Assembly (NCBI GenBank): GCA_044892525.1
Contig: CM097885.1
Location: forward strand, 48,982,001-49,046,000
Source: Schmidtea polychroa
Taxonomy: Eukaryota
Length of the DNA: 64,000 nt
Direction of reading: 5' to 3'
The position numbers were made by a program, and so were the translations under genes. Of this stretch, positions 42,601-57,069 are shown in pieces (positions within the stretch are counted from its first letter, which is position 1; every line of letters begins with the position of its first letter). The notes under the pieces are model-generated. The model searched no databases. It was not told the DNA's origin and saw only the letters and a list, made by a program, of their open reading frames with translations.

Positions 42601-44894
42601 TATAAGTTTCAAAATTTTGATAGTCATTATTTAATTCATTATTACAATTTACCAAAATGCCTTTTTTGTAAATAAATAATGAAGGTAAAAAATGATTGAC
42701 AACAATGGAGAAATTGAATCGCGGCTAACAATTATAATAAACAAAAATAAGAATTTAAATAATCTTAACAATAACAGTATTATTTTACTTTTAATTTGTC
42801 AGCTTAATTCGTGAAAAACGCAAGCCCATTTCCGATTCGATGTAATTGACAAATTATATTGTGTACATATTATTATTTCCCTTGTATTTTGATGTAATTA
42901 TTGGATTTATTAATTTACTTTAATTTAACTTAAATCAAATATTTCTTGAGAAAAATTGCTAAAATAAATTTTATTGGAACATGAAATAAAATATTTTAAA
43001 AATATTACTGATATCTTAATATATCGAGTATTGATCATTGAAAAAAAATGTATTAAATTACCAAAAAAGTAATTTCTTATTCGACGGTTTCTTCGACTGA
43101 TAATGGATACAAAACATTGTCGAATACATGAAACCGGTAATAGGCTTGGGTTTTTTATGAATTAGTCGATTTTACATATTAAATAAAATCATTTTGAGGA
43201 TTAGTTTCCATGTACCATTTTAAATGCGGCAATATAAATATAAATTCTTATACACCACTCTTTAAACTATTATTTTACTCGCCAATATTAATCAATCCCA
43301 CTCATTTGACAGTGGTGATTGAGAACGAGATAACTATTAGTGATTACTGCATCTACGCATCTATAATGTAAAAATAAAATACGTGTATATTATATAAACA
43401 TAAAAACTTACTTGTGTGTTGATTTTTAGCGTTGCAATGAACAAACGCATTTAATATAGAAATTGAGAAAGTGATAGAAAGAATAAACTGGCACATACAA
43501 ACACAACACGTAGTAAAAAATGCATGCAAATTTTCGATATGGAGAATCGTTGTAATGAATAAATTCACTATAATAAATCATTTACAGACATTTTTAGAAA
43601 AAAATTCCGAAAACTCAAATTTGAGTTGTATATATAATAAAGACATTTCGTAAGATTTTTCTTCAATTTTTAATAAATTTAATATTAGTTTTTTTAATAA
43701 AACATGACAAAATTCGACTAATTACTTTATTTATTTATAGTTAAAAATATATCTGACTTATATTATATCGAAATAATTCCAAATAACTTCATAAAAATCC
43801 TAAAAAACCTTGAAATTTAATTATAATTTATAATAAAAATGTTGATAAAAAGTAATATTTAAGAGCTTTGATAATGATCTCATGTCTATATAGATCAAAA
43901 TTCAAATCTTAAAATTTACTTTAAATAAAAAAAATTAATCATAACTTACATTATTTCATCAGAAATACCTTATGATATACTGTATCTATAATTGATTGTG
44001 CACACAAACCTCTATTATAGATGCGTTTGTTCACTGCAAACGGGTGTATCTAAATGTGTGGGTCTTAAAGAATGGATTAAAATGCATTCATAAAATTTCT
44101 AGCGTCATGGTAGTTCTTTTAACGCAGTAGCTGTTTCACAGAGGTCTGATTCTTTTAACACTACGTTTGGTTAACTTTATTTCTTTCGGAAGTTGTGACC
44201 AAATGAACCCTGTAGATACTTCGCTTTTTACTAACGCTTCATCAACTAAATCAAGTGCTTTGCCCATAAAGTCCGGCTGGTATAAATTCATTATATACAG
44301 AATAGTTTGGAAACCACGCTGATAATTGAATTGTATTTTTTAAACCTTTAAAATGTCATCTTTGAGCACAAATACATATTTGATCCAAAAAAGTGAGTTA
44401 CAAGAATGTACAAACAATCAAATATAATTGTCGTCTACACAATGAAAATGGAACTTTCTAAAAAGGCTCAAAAAACTAAAGATTAGCCACATACACACAG
44501 CACGCACACAAAGTTACATAGAGGTACATAGAAAATTGATGTTTTGTACGAATATAAAAATTATTAAATTTAATAAAATAAGTTTTTTAAATTAATTAAT
44601 TATTTGTTTATGAAAAAGAACATTAGAAATGAAACTGTATGTGTCTAACAGTTTAGAAAATGCTTCATTATTGACTGACACTTATTTTTAATTTTAACTA
44701 TTTTTTGTTCTGATCTATTGCTGAATTAGAATGCAAATTCAGTAAGAAATCATTGATATAATAAAATTTACAATAAAGTTATTGATTTTAGTGAAAAAAG
44801 TCGTAGCGTTGAAGAATTGAAAAATCAAAATGTCAATTTATCAGAAGAGATTAATAATATGAAATTATTAAATTTCAAAAGTAAAAATAAATGA
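3995..44894 (+). CDS. Host multi-exon coiled-coil protein gene, 5' end not identified. Exons 3995-4072, 4146-4187, 4240-4361, 7508-7582, 7627-7698, 11962-12006, 12053-12094, 12666-12723, 31516-31535, 34433-34489, 35877-35931, 37376-37398, 40242-40404, 44792-44894
   Basis: 14 short exons with AG acceptors and GT donors whose phases chain into one open E/K/L-rich heptad-like frame (e.g. HEIQLKQLNEEIAILEKDN, ELASKESDIQKLNQELNELKQNL). The last exon reads to TGA at 44892-44894 but also offers a possible donor at 44881. Confidence 0.75.
5193..5735 (-). CDS. Uncharacterised N/S-rich ORF, possible exon of a nested antisense gene
   Basis: 180-codon ATG-initiated ORF in very AT-rich DNA; ends at a possible AG|GTGA donor; no recognisable motif. 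Confidence 0.3.
   Translation of the reverse strand: MNQTTDVNEIRKYISDLIRKFNNVDSTCIQPLKQYQQQLRTKSPLYNNVSHSLNTSHLSHKQTLNNIYNMSCYSDNLIQSNRQLSNTKRKKEQFQNNPAENLSITKTTNNSTNPFTDPNEIKSTSNIISLSNNMTSSTRISTLERNLRPRTIRNIHGNNNRGVENRFYVEMDKCDLLMDR
7822..10537 (-). mobile_element. hAT DNA transposon (Buster/SPIN-like)
   Basis: 16-bp TIR CAGGGATGGCGAACCT / AGGTTCGCCATCCCTG; 8-bp TSD CTATAGTA (7814-7821, 10538-10545) with central TA; internal transposase. Confidence 0.95.
7979..9890 (-). CDS. hAT transposase (GTF2IRD2/Buster-like), probably slightly decayed
   Basis: 611-aa ORF 7979-9814 with BED-like CALC..H, LDESTD, TDEAPSM, HCIIHQE, VRWLSRG, STYSCESLFS. An upstream ATG at 9890 (MSENKKRKT) is out of frame by one base. 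Confidence 0.9.
10542..10608. repeat. (TA)n microsatellite
   Basis: Long TA run directly after the hAT right TSD. Confidence 0.9.
14048..14184. mobile_element. Short TA-flanked MITE (pogo/Tigger-like)
   Basis: ta|CAGTATTTTTGCGCATAAAA ... TTTTATGCGTAAAAATACGG|ta imperfect TIRs. Confidence 0.5.
14624..16306 (+). repeat. Left TIR of Maverick 1 (~1.68 kb; 214-bp units plus TCAAGGTCA arrays)
   Basis: Reverse complement of ~29578-30974; the inner ~100 bp is imperfect. Confidence 0.9.
16307..16665 (-). CDS. Maverick small acidic protein, 2 exons (16665-16650, 16608-16307)
   Basis: ATG ACT ACA GAA AAA G|gttaat..tttag|AA TTT joins in frame to the 93-aa ORF (MTTEKEFIINFLLEKLAEISG..); 41-nt intron 16609-16649; acidic middle and Cys-rich C-terminus. 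Confidence 0.65.
16762..17181 (-). CDS. Maverick hypothetical protein (139 aa), possibly OB-fold/SSB-like
   Basis: ATG ORF with upstream TATAAAAA and CTGATTGG; beta-rich C-terminus WYITITIQGYKV..YSPIWKIMSARL. The function is a guess. Confidence 0.65.
   Translation of the reverse strand: MTKKISSTEKPKVVPELVQPVQMFHNYKMYFLKEEINMKLVSPIKLIPTQFQFLTGTLSMLDIKTIDDVFKRLNTNLSCNQNAFFNNRYAKFYDSFDEISFKENENWYITITIQGYKVDNNDVYSPIWKIMSARLSQLF
17215..17252 (-). promoter_or_regulatory. TATA + CCAAT-box promoter for the 139-aa ORF
   Basis: On the minus strand, TCTGATTGG lies ~22 nt upstream of TATAAAAA (17215-17222), which is ~35 nt before the ATG. Confidence 0.5.
17290..17754 (-). CDS. Maverick-encoded TATA-binding protein (TBP)-like protein, 154 aa
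   Basis: Two TBP-type repeats: LSNINYR..IIYFKTGKCRIMGCK and IQSITVTSDIGF..YEPELFPALRY..VNIFASGKIVILGIK (cf. TBP YEPELFPGLIY..LIFVSGKVVLTGAK). Confidence 0.88.
   Translation of the reverse strand: MLSNINYRAKTDVSKMVFPIGKPQQLINRSNKYPIIYFKTGKCRIMGCKEIIKASEYNVYDLEIQSITVTSDIGFSCNLNKLAKLIPCFYEPELFPALRYIKYNPMCVNIFASGKIVILGIKNIDYKSIVDNIISEIKSIIEGKEFLDFLLSLN
17860..18498 (+). CDS. A32/FtsK-like DNA packaging ATPase
   Basis: Walker A GPSGSGKT, Walker B IIIDD, SRH, ITQ, R..NxQY..FKNPRD, typical of Maverick ATPases. Confidence 0.95.
   Translation: MELRNDAVYQIVGPSGSGKTLFVCKLLKSNLFKTKFNNIYWHRGADEEHGLTQSSFCQLKNMKIVKGFDKNWSSRLKKDDVIIIDDLYQEANKEKDFNNLFTKISRHVGVTVIFITQNLFHQGGAHRTRNLNVQYLVIFKNPRDATVIDFLGRQAYPNNRNFLINAFQDATKIPHGYIFLDFTQQCPDDIRVKTDIFNPKGAMVYKQSSKQS
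18512..19000 (+). CDS. Basic core protein with adenovirus pX-like hydrophobic C-terminus
   Basis: Lys-rich; ends QQGG-FIGALIPLAISLLGGII, resembling pX GGFLPALIP; lies in the Maverick structural block. Confidence 0.75.
   Translation: MFSKTRISGKKQPKVPPTTSYTPSKDLITENFPAMNLISKNPKPKSKTTKKVKVVKNHRSFPFFNTLLKAPSMKRNSILQSFPNYVVDDLLDIILKVVKGKIKISKSKKQLLSKHRKPLLSLVNNKNRQQMRKIIYKQQGGFIGALIPLAISLLGGIIGSRS
19004..19231 (+). CDS. Small putatively myristoylated/palmitoylated protein overlapping the integrase start
   Basis: ATG 3 nt after the previous stop; MGANPS (MGxxxS) and KSSCC. Confidence 0.5.
   Translation: MGANPSLPDIKFNIKSSCCNGEDLDEPGRRSRFWWSGKIKEKSSEFEKGNSEVVIRPACVQFEQTNAETNPNKSI
19062..20117 (+). 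CDS. Retroviral-like (rve) integrase with C-terminal chromodomain; predicted 42-nt intron 19450-19491
   Basis: MEKIWTNP..GFGG; DDE triad in WQMDL, LQTD, VERFNRTL; KYKVGDHVRI; chromodomain FRIQKIL..YYVKWHGY..SWI. Removing gtatta..ttttag restores QTDLGKEFYN. Confidence 0.95.
   Translation: MEKIWTNPEDEAGFGGVAKLRKRVPNSKKETQKWLSDQLAYSLNKPMQKRIPTRAYKTYGINDLWQMDLMEMIPYSKINNGYKYILTCIDVFSRFARAIPVKAKSADEMSKAVNHLFKDGHPKNLQTDLGINIIIFIIIIIILGKEFYNSKVKQILIKLKINHYSVHSQYKAAHVERFNRTLRDRLKKLFVHQGNKKWVLVLPKIITSYNHSSHQGLNGLRPIDITSKTIYSKKPEKITKPKYKVGDHVRISKISASPFIKNFDTNWSDEVFVISKINTKQNPVMYVIRDNDNNIVQGKFYEQELQVIPPPKVFRIQKILKTKNKGKDKQYYVKWHGYQNPSWISEKDLVK
20063..21130 (+). CDS. Minor capsid protein (penton, PX); start codon uncertain
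   Basis: FYTILPSNS..P.N..S.F...L..PI.L.G.WEVAL at the N-terminus; IYTNIIEP.IVGD...PLL..P.YLP..IRDDSG..TLHFRK at the C-terminus. Confidence 0.88.
   Translation: MAWLSKPIMDIRKGSSKVNFYTILPSNSCPLIHPDNQASKFMVNLQNPISLNGDWEVALQDFTFVYNTFPFYSQCKIDFKRNAMKTCSGIFIISNYDKTYHIPNQILDQHCSMFYKDGLNISCDFKPFTITFEYIEDARRMGCNKLKNEVMETEYLLRFDLFEANSVMREEIKISVSYNNEVEESFTFADELYIDKLDVLLKYLKYNCSHIFKSLDIVKDLLFTFSLNDDICEVTFDKNLTNTLGLEKQQYREKSAGIRKPRILEHHQQMFIYTNIIEPIIVGDSSVPLLKSVWIGKYEHDEVVNINIDNPMYLPISSSCINNIEINIRDDSGKLINFPKDSKTHLTLHFRKVDG
21123..21491 (+). CDS. Small conserved Maverick core protein (QxGG/QxGxG motifs, amphipathic helix, basic tail)
   Basis: Y..SQSGGELPYFIGKQYGSGWLKTIGRFALPILKRIG, between penton and MCP with overlapping start/stop codons. 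Confidence 0.8.
   Translation: MANSDIISMYSDSQSGGELPYFIGKQYGSGWLKTIGRFALPILKRIGSFGMKTAKDVIMNEQKILPSLKTNALAELGKVLPGVAGMFQKDTPPAPAHAPKRKGHGITRINKRMKGHGTIFAK
21488..22711 (+). CDS. Major capsid protein (double jelly-roll, PY)
   Basis: KSELCIF..P.Q..IE....EVFP...IEFYI.G...YLDL..T.L and G.LRLDIKF..A.....IIYG.FEN...I...R.V; 407 aa. Confidence 0.92.
   Translation: MICGKSELCIFDRPSPQAVIEFGAFEEVFPMNSITDSRNDIEFYINGSQTEYLDLNDTLLTVQIKVVDKDRKVLDANADVLPNNFMFHTLFKDAVLGFNNIKIEGGNNTFIHKALIETILNYNSDTKNTCLTPMGYAAADDERKKWVKGSKVFTMCSSLQLDFMDQPKYLLPGVNIHIRLKRSDSALSLTSATGAPICQLVDAKLLVRRVRVDPSVLAGHQLGLNSKHAIYPLKTKEIVQFAIAKGASSFYKEQIFGDRRMPNFILVTFQSETQYNGSYTASSSIFKNFGVTSLTLSKNTDYRETYTQDFENDNYCATYMQSIVRNLGYLDKNLNCGITLEEFKSKYPFFTFVLAPDFDLNQSQLPQNGNLRLDIKFAKAITEPVHVIIYGVFENEVQITANRTVLV
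22740..23123 (+). CDS. Adenain-like cysteine maturation protease with a predicted 5' micro-intron
   Basis: FVGVFP.D, IVNT....GGEHW (His), FDP.G (Asp), Q....TCGQHC (Gln/Cys). No in-frame ATG lies upstream of the conserved N-terminal motifs; GTAAGT donor at 22745 gives ATG GA|T TCT GTT CAG = MDSVQV.. with intron 22745-22780. Confidence 0.9.
23150..23480. repeat. (TTA)n microsatellite tract inside the Maverick
   Basis: ~330 bp of imperfect TTA repeats after the protease AATAAA. Confidence 0.9.
23586..23668 (+). promoter_or_regulatory. Two inverted CCAAT boxes + TATA box upstream of the SIM-leader/pPolB unit
   Basis: ATTGG at 23586 and 23632, TATATAA at 23662-23668, ATG at 23746. Confidence 0.55.
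23746..24289 (+). CDS. 4-exon acidic protein with SIM-like and LxxLL motifs (exons 23746-23791, 23841-23903, 23950-24036, 24084-24289); may be the spliced N-terminus of pPolB
   Basis: Three GTAA..TAG phase-1 introns (49, 46, 47 nt) give a 133-aa frame MSNNNNNILRSLLTTDVFDWYQ..EPIIISDDDDVVFIGQ..DSDMESRC. Confidence 0.75.
24450..25065. repeat. Tandem repeat/palindrome cluster (26-bp, 58-bp and ~60-bp units)
   Basis: (GAAAATATTATGATGAAGAAAATGAT)n; three copies of TGTAGTCTGCAGT(G/C)AGCATGCAGCTACA; repeated TATTACGTAATA and TGCAGCTGC. Confidence 0.8.
25247..29347 (+). CDS. polB: Protein-primed family B DNA polymerase (pPolB) with N-terminal Zn-finger/terminal-protein region and EndoVII-like insert
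   Basis: GSGW, YADFES (Exo I), FHNLRGYD (Exo II), RDHCHFSGKYLGAAC..CN, YIDINNLYG, KLFNNSLYGK, GDTDS, RPKCY, KAKGV, DDKR. The frame stays open back to 25181. Confidence 0.97.
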   Translation: MMKKYYGRKFYGIKYYICPICETSHSIKYLEFYSIHKSHLNQFSLNKKDLFNKLRNTAKPIIKTNVNNTKPVNNNTKPVNNNTKPVNNITKPVINNNTKPVNNITKPVNNNTKPVNNITKPVNNNNTKPVNNITKPVNNNTKHVNNITKPLINNVINVNNNLKRPAVSIGSDAPSKINKLEQITVVNNIQVGGSVDIDDEPEIEIDFKGVRKNLRFNVEKDNIIQISITDKIVNKLKHEIIRMGSVKIQFSVLIQFEKDGEIKDNFFSNRAEAFSDSFLSEGVHKLNNKIEKFTYLGSGWRVVKIKEIDFILTKFTHMNRLAGHSYIPTPSSLKSKNAIVNVKNTDDMCFIYSILALLKRNVVHSHRNRVSSYENYLDELNFDPISDCPMKLCDIPKFEMKNKDLNLAINVLTYRTTPAKPFENIVDDNYIPHHPQLDIIHRSKVIGGEPIYLLLLEDGDNFHYTAVFNLQRLMNCRSSSECGVRLQVNWCPHCLNGFRHKNAFDIHVALCIKNQIGTTLYTLPNDKNLIFQNYAKTITPPFVIYADFESILPGDIIHHQKHLPITAGLLLINNYNNSKFYYEFVGDDCILSFLRKVEEIAMTIVLPYYEINGKKPMQTLSFAEERAFRDSRTCYLCKKFIKNRVRDHCHFSGKYLGAACRKCNVSRRIQKQLPVVFHNLRGYDLHHILKYGLNNFPSWELNIIPTTTEKFISLIAYINKLSVRFIDSMQFVNSSLAKAVKTLSDLPLTSSVFDGAIVRAKGIFPYDFATSLEVLESTLELPPIWDSVSNDEYALAQVIWTQQNCNNMLDYMLIYLKLDVFLLADYFQQFREKAIAYNGLEPLNFYGIPGMSWASALMTLTEPIELLQDMEMFNFYEGGIRGGLTFVNKHYVASSEDTELLYIDINNLYGWALSQNLPYADFVWVYDDLDSVLNECINADIDNLPYGYTMEVDIDIPVCLHDFLNDFPLAPEKMCPPNSKVEKLMLTHWPKKNHVLHWRLLKLYIELGAIIKNVHRAIKFKHAPIFKSYIDKNTNLRANSTCELYRDLYKLFNNSLYGKSVENLKKRMNLRLCNSAEKMIVYASKPTFKKSIKIDDDLIAAHLYKDSICLDRPSYIGQTVLDLSKLRMYQLQYKELAKYRNEFKCEINIVAGDTDSFFLEVRHCKLDILLPAMIRDNLLDTSNYDPAHPLYSRNLDSVIGKFKDESKGLGYKEWVFLRPKCYSLLGAKDHLKAKGVRLIGTEIRHDSYLECYNNNVVFSVPQSRIGTRNHQLYTFKNNKIALTNNDDKRFWVGKNSSLAFGHYLALDDINDDQIFEEVGPLFGRLSPDFVSGDEEVGPLFNGLSPDFDSGDDPNDKRDIDDILLSD
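29578..30974 (-). repeat. Right TIR of Maverick 1 (~1.4 kb)
   Basis: Inverted copy of the left TIR, lacking one 214-bp unit and some short repeats. Confidence 0.9.
31957..32527. mobile_element. Non-autonomous MULE-like element with GAAATTACATA subterminal repeats
   Basis: 9-bp TSD ATTTACAAC (31948-31956, 32528-32536); inverted arrays of GAAATTACATA(A/G)G. Confidence 0.75.
33074..33488. mobile_element. hAT (Buster-type) MITE
   Basis: TIR CAGTGTTGTTCAAACT / AGTTTGGACAACACTG; 8-bp TSD ATTTAGAA on both sides. Confidence 0.85.
36784..37410 (+). repeat. ~315-bp tandem duplication containing a host micro-exon and a dead copy of it
   Basis: Two diverged copies starting TTTACGT(C/A)AAAAAATTAAAATTT at ~36784 and ~37097. 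Confidence 0.8.
39058..39766 (-). mobile_element. Penelope-like element 3' relic (GIY-YIG endonuclease) with hammerhead-like termini
   Basis: LVYQFICNG.NAIYIGDTSCNL.IRAREH and FKIL....CEALLIK..NP*IN.Q with stops; flanked by inverted CTGATGA-stem-GAAA motifs. Confidence 0.75.
40600..41040 (-). pseudogene. TPR co-chaperone fragment (FKBP6/Shutdown-like)
   Basis: YLRGLNIL....LKTDDEE......IKLYLNMAHCDLKL....AAIKCCNTVL...P.NAKALY; in-frame TAA upstream and truncated C-terminus. Confidence 0.55.
41380..41840 (+). mobile_element. Ty3/Gypsy RT-RNaseH relic
   Basis: KFLGYII, LRRFLGLINFYRRFIKNY..HAKPL, DTSFDRIG.VLSQ, IAYGS, with stops and frameshifts. Confidence 0.75.
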
Positions 44895-47708
44895 TCGAAA
44901 AGTCAAGTGTTTTTATGAAATAAATATTGATTGGTGGATTTTTGGATTATTTACAATGAGATGGCAGTGTTTATCATTAGACATTAATAATTTTGATACA
45001 TCTTTTTAATTTGCTGGAATTTTAATAAATAAATAATTATAATTGGTTGACTGCTGATTCCTAGTGCTCTTTAAATAAATTAATTACAAAACTTCCAGTG
45101 AGTATTAACGGCTAATTATTACAATATGTTAAAATGTACAATTTGATTATCATAACTAACGAATAGAGCAAATGGTTTGATTGAGCTTATTGACTATAAC
45201 AAACTTCGAAAATAATAATTAAAGTAGAAAAGTTAATTAAAAATCGGGTGGGGTGCATTAATATTTTTCGTAGGTAATGGTTACGGGCGGATGGCAAATG
45301 GGAGACGAACTCGAATAGAGTTATAAACTCAATTGAGGGCACCCAGATAAAATTATTTGGTAAATAGAATTTAATTTAAAACACCATAATCCTTAAGCTT
45401 GACAGCTGAAATATCAGCCTATCGAGCTTATTAGATTTATTTCCAGAATTAGAATTATTTCCAGGCCAAATTCTTTTTATTTCATGTGGCTCAATTGTTT
45501 TACAACTTTAAAGCGCATTCAACTGTTTAAATTCACATTAGTTTCTGTCAGCATTTTTAATCGTCGAAAGGCAAAATTGAATTTTGAATTAATGATTCCA
45601 TTTGGAATCACTGGACTGACAAAGGGTTAACGAGCAAAAAAATTCCCAGATTTTCATTCTGATCAAAGCTAAAATTCGCAAAAATAAAGGAGAAAAGTGG
45701 GAAATGTTTTTGATTGTCTATCTGATTTTTTAGTCTTGCATAAAGCGATTTCTCTTTGGGTTACCTGCTAATAAATTATACTAAGAATAAATTGTAGGCG
45801 TCGAAAAATAGCGAGTGTTATTTGTAATAATGATAAAGGTTAATGTGTTGAGTTGTCTTATTTATTCAAGTGCACATTGAATCAAATAAATTCTACTAAA
45901 CGCCTTCATGTGGATAGATTATTTTTAATACCTGTGTATCCATGGCAATAACCAATGACTGAAAATACTTGTGTGGATGAGGTCCTTTGCTAAAAATGAT
46001 CTATCCACTTTGAGGTGCTTGACTGCATAGGTCTTATTTCGCTTTATCACTTTCAATTCATTATTGAAGGTTAATCAATGTCCTCTCCAAAACTTTATAG
46101 CAGCGTTTTGTCCATATTTTTGGGAAATTTTCTATCATTGTCTATTTGTCTGAACATTATTCAAATCATTTATTAACAACTTTCTATCTTTTCATTACCG
46201 ATTTGAGCTTACCTTGGCTGTTCCGGTAAACTTCTCCAGACTCGTTTAAGTTCATCGAGTTTCTTGGATCATCCCTTCGTAGACGGACTTTCTCAATGAG
46301 TATTACAAATATTAATTAAAAAACAAAATAAATTGAACATTTATTGCAGAAAACATTTATTTAGAACTGCCATTATCCAAAATTAGAGAGTCGAAATATT
46401 TATTGATGAATATGTGCAACACAATAATTGATATGCAAGGAAGTATATAGTAGCAAGTTGTGGAGCTGTGAATTCTCTAATGTGTCATTTTTACGATGCT
46501 GACACAATCATCGTAACACTTTTTTATTTTATTAATGGAAACCTCGATGATCTTCATAGTACATTCACGGTCTTTCGATCATTTTGGCCTTTGTCGCTTG
46601 ATATTCTTCATATCCAAATTTTCTTAAAATTTCATTCTTTCTCTTATCCAAGGTACCCAGTGAGCATACTACAAATGTATCTACTTGGTCATAAAATCAC
46701 TTGTTCATAAGATGTTTTGAAATATATTTGTCAATATTATTCCACTCGAACAAAATTGAGAGAGGGGAAACTGTTTTTACGCTTCTATTTATTCTTGATT
46801 TTAAGCCAGTGTGCTTACATTGAATCGGCTGTGCTAAGCAAAATCTTGCTTTCACCAGTTTAATGATTTCGCGATTGTATACATAGGTTTCTTTCTCTAT
46901 TTACAGACCTCAAACATCAATTCCTCATATACAGTGCATCCACCCACTGCATGTATTCGTGCTTGCATGAATGTATTTTTGAATTTACTAATTTTAGTAA
47001 CTAAAATATTATACATATTTATGATCAAAATGATAAAAAAAATAATGTAATGTCAATACTTCGTTCTTAGTGATATATATCTTTTTCGTGGCACTTCATT
47101 GCGTGCGAACCATATGGAATGAGATGCTCGTGTCTTCTTTCATCTTTTTGTGACAGAACCGATCGAAACTTGCTTCTCTGTTCACAATATTTTCTCATTA
47201 TTTTTTCAACATATTTTTCAAAGCTTTCGCCTTCTTTGCATAATATTTTATGAAACGTCGATAGTTATTGCATATGACCAAAAACTTTTCAAGTTCTTTA
47301 CACACTTTTGTTTTTTGGAAATATTATATATCTTTTACCTTATCTTGGTCTGTTTATATCCTATCTTGATTTATTATGTGTCAAAGAAATTTCACCTCTT
47401 CTCTAAATATTTGGCTTTTCAATCACCATTGTATCTTCTTTCATCTAGCATCAGTATTAGGATTCTCGTTTTAAGTTTTCCATTTTTTAGTTCTTCACGA
47501 ACTGTTTGGCATTGTATATAATTTGCGATATTTTAATCTAAGCTTATTATGTGTTGGGCTTGAACCGAGAATTGAGAGTTTTTTTTAAATGGATCGAAAA
47601 TACATAACATGAAAACCGCACAACACACTTAGAATAAATAAAACACGTATAATAAATTCAAGAAACGTAAGAAGTTGCAATCACCAACACAGTTAAGAGA
47701 AAAATAGA

Positions 47709-54698
<6,990 letters not shown>

Positions 54699-54758
54699 AA
54701 TAGAGCATTCGAAGGATCTGCCAACTAGAAAAATAAATGAATAATAAATAAAATAATA

Positions 54759-55205
54759 CAAAGTTTTCCTAAATGTTTCATCATCTTTATCAAAATGTTT
54801 AATCATTAAATTAAATAATTTTGTTATGAGATCAAAATTTTATAAGATCAATATTTGGGTCACAAAATATTATAGCTATCGTAATAAAAAACATAATTTT
54901 TTTAAATGAAAAATAAAATGATATTTTTTTAAATGTAAAATTAAACTAAAAGTAGAAATTATAAATAATTATAAATTTGTATTATAAATAAACTTTTCTA
55001 CTTTATTTTATGCCATATAGAGTAACAGCACAACTCATCACACGCTCAAATCGAGCAGTATTTAGTTTCACCCCTAACGACCACCACTGTGACACACCCC
55101 TAAACGCCCAACAAAATGAATAAACATTTTGACAAAGTGAATAAACATTTTGACAAAATGATTAAACATTTTGATAAAGATAATGAAACATTTAGGAAAA
55201 CCCTG
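54759..55205. mobile_element. Probable MITE with ~45-bp inverted ends
   Basis: GTTTTCCTAAATGTTTCATCATCTTTATCAAAATGTTTAATCATT and its near-perfect reverse complement at ~55157-55201. Confidence 0.5.
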
Positions 55206-57069
55206 TAATTGATAATAAAATAAGTAATAATATGAAAAGAAATTTTAGGAAGGATTATTGGTTGTATTTACATACGAAAGAACATAATCGAAATAATTAT
55301 GGATGTCATGGCTCGTATTTACACACGAAAGAGCTATGGCAATGAGTGTATACTTTAAAAAAGGATCGTGGAAAATTCATTTAAAAAATTAAATGAAATA
55401 AAATAAATAAATTTAAAAAATTAAAACCAAATATTTCTATTAACATGGTTAAAATAATAAAAATTTAAAATAAAAACACAGCCGAACTCGGTTACTACGA
55501 ACTTCTGCTTATAGCGAACAAAAAAAATCTTGGTTTGGTTCAAGCTATTTTAACATAGGATTTTCCTGCTTACAACGAACCGATACCGGTTACAATGAAT
55601 ACATTTCTTTTATTTAAAAACATTCTAAATTAAGATGTTTTTGGATTTTCGATTTAAAAGTTCATATTAAAATATCAATTAATATATCAATTTTATTGTT
55701 AAACACAAAAAAATATTTTTACAGCACTCTGTCATTAGAGGGTACATTAGAGGCATCAAGTTGAATTCTATGAACCAAACTAGTATTTTAAATTATATTG
55801 AAAAATGACCAAGCAAAAAATAAAAAAATTATAATAAAAACCCTTGCTTATCTAATCATTATTTATGTTTTAATAATAATTTTAAAAAAACGTTTCTTTC
55901 TATTTTTTTGTTTCCTGGTTATATCGAACCTTCTATCGGAAGTCCTGAATCCAAAAATGAAAATATCATGAGGAGTATTTTTTGGATTTTCAGCCATTGT
56001 GTACAGAACCAATATGGTCGTCGTCATGGGTACACAGATGGTATAAAGTATAATAGTCATGAAATCGTTTAGGGAGGAGTCGAATCAACATCTATAAAAT
56101 ACCCATAACACATTTAAAAATAAAATGACACACCTCTAAGCGCCAACATATGTAATTAATCCACATTTGAAATGAAACAAGAAATTGGAATAGAAACAGA
56201 TAATCGTTATATCCTATGTCTTTTGAATCATTCAACGTCATACGTTTAGTTTATGGAACGCCTACAGCGCAAATGATAAAATAAAAGTTCAAAATCCAAT
56301 TGCAAACAATGACATATTGTGAAATGTAAATGTTATGTTCAAGCACAGCGTTAGGATTGAGTTAAAATATCACTATTGATTGCCGGAGGATAACAAATAG
56401 TTTATCTATTTCTTATTTTGAGGTAGCATTTCGGCCTTAGACGTGCTGATACTCAAACTTATTCATAGGGTGGCTTCCTGGTGGTAAGGGCTCTTGATTT
56501 TGCACAACTCTTAAAGGTCTTCAATCCGTTGGTCTACATCGATATGCAAGCTTAACTTACCATATCTCACAGTCGTAGCTTCCAGCTGTTCAATAGCAAA
56601 CCTTTAAACATTGCCAGGCTGTGATACTTCTTGACTTCGGTGTTTGAAATTTGAAAAATGTTATAACAAAAATATTTAGAATTTGCGGATATTAGATTCA
56701 CAAAAGTCATTTTTAAAAATTGAACAGTATTGCTAATCCAGAAAGTATTTCCTGTGACATTTTAAATAGTATATAATTTTCAATTAATTTTAGTTTTGTA
56801 GTGTTTAATAATTGTGGGTCCATTGCGCATACGATAATATAGTGTTGTACATAATCAATGTCTATGTCTATAATTTGTGCCCTTATAAAGATGAAATGAT
56901 TGAAAATTTTTATTATTACCAAATGTCAATTAGCCACTTTTGATTTTCTGGTAATTTTAGTTTTGTTTTAACTCATTAAATAATTTTAAATCAATATATT
57001 TTATCACTAAAGTAATTGAATTAATTTATTCATAATTTATGCTTATTTTTATTACTACTAGTTTTTAAA

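Noticed and set aside
42799..43170. Degenerate ~70-bp inverted repeats (old MITE); also an imperfect hairpin at ~34263-34360
   Set aside because: Heavily diverged, no TSD identifiable, ordinary repeat debris
45400..47520. Possible Tc1-like and LINE RT relics on the minus strand
   Set aside because: Only fragmentary similarity with many stops; boundaries cannot be defined
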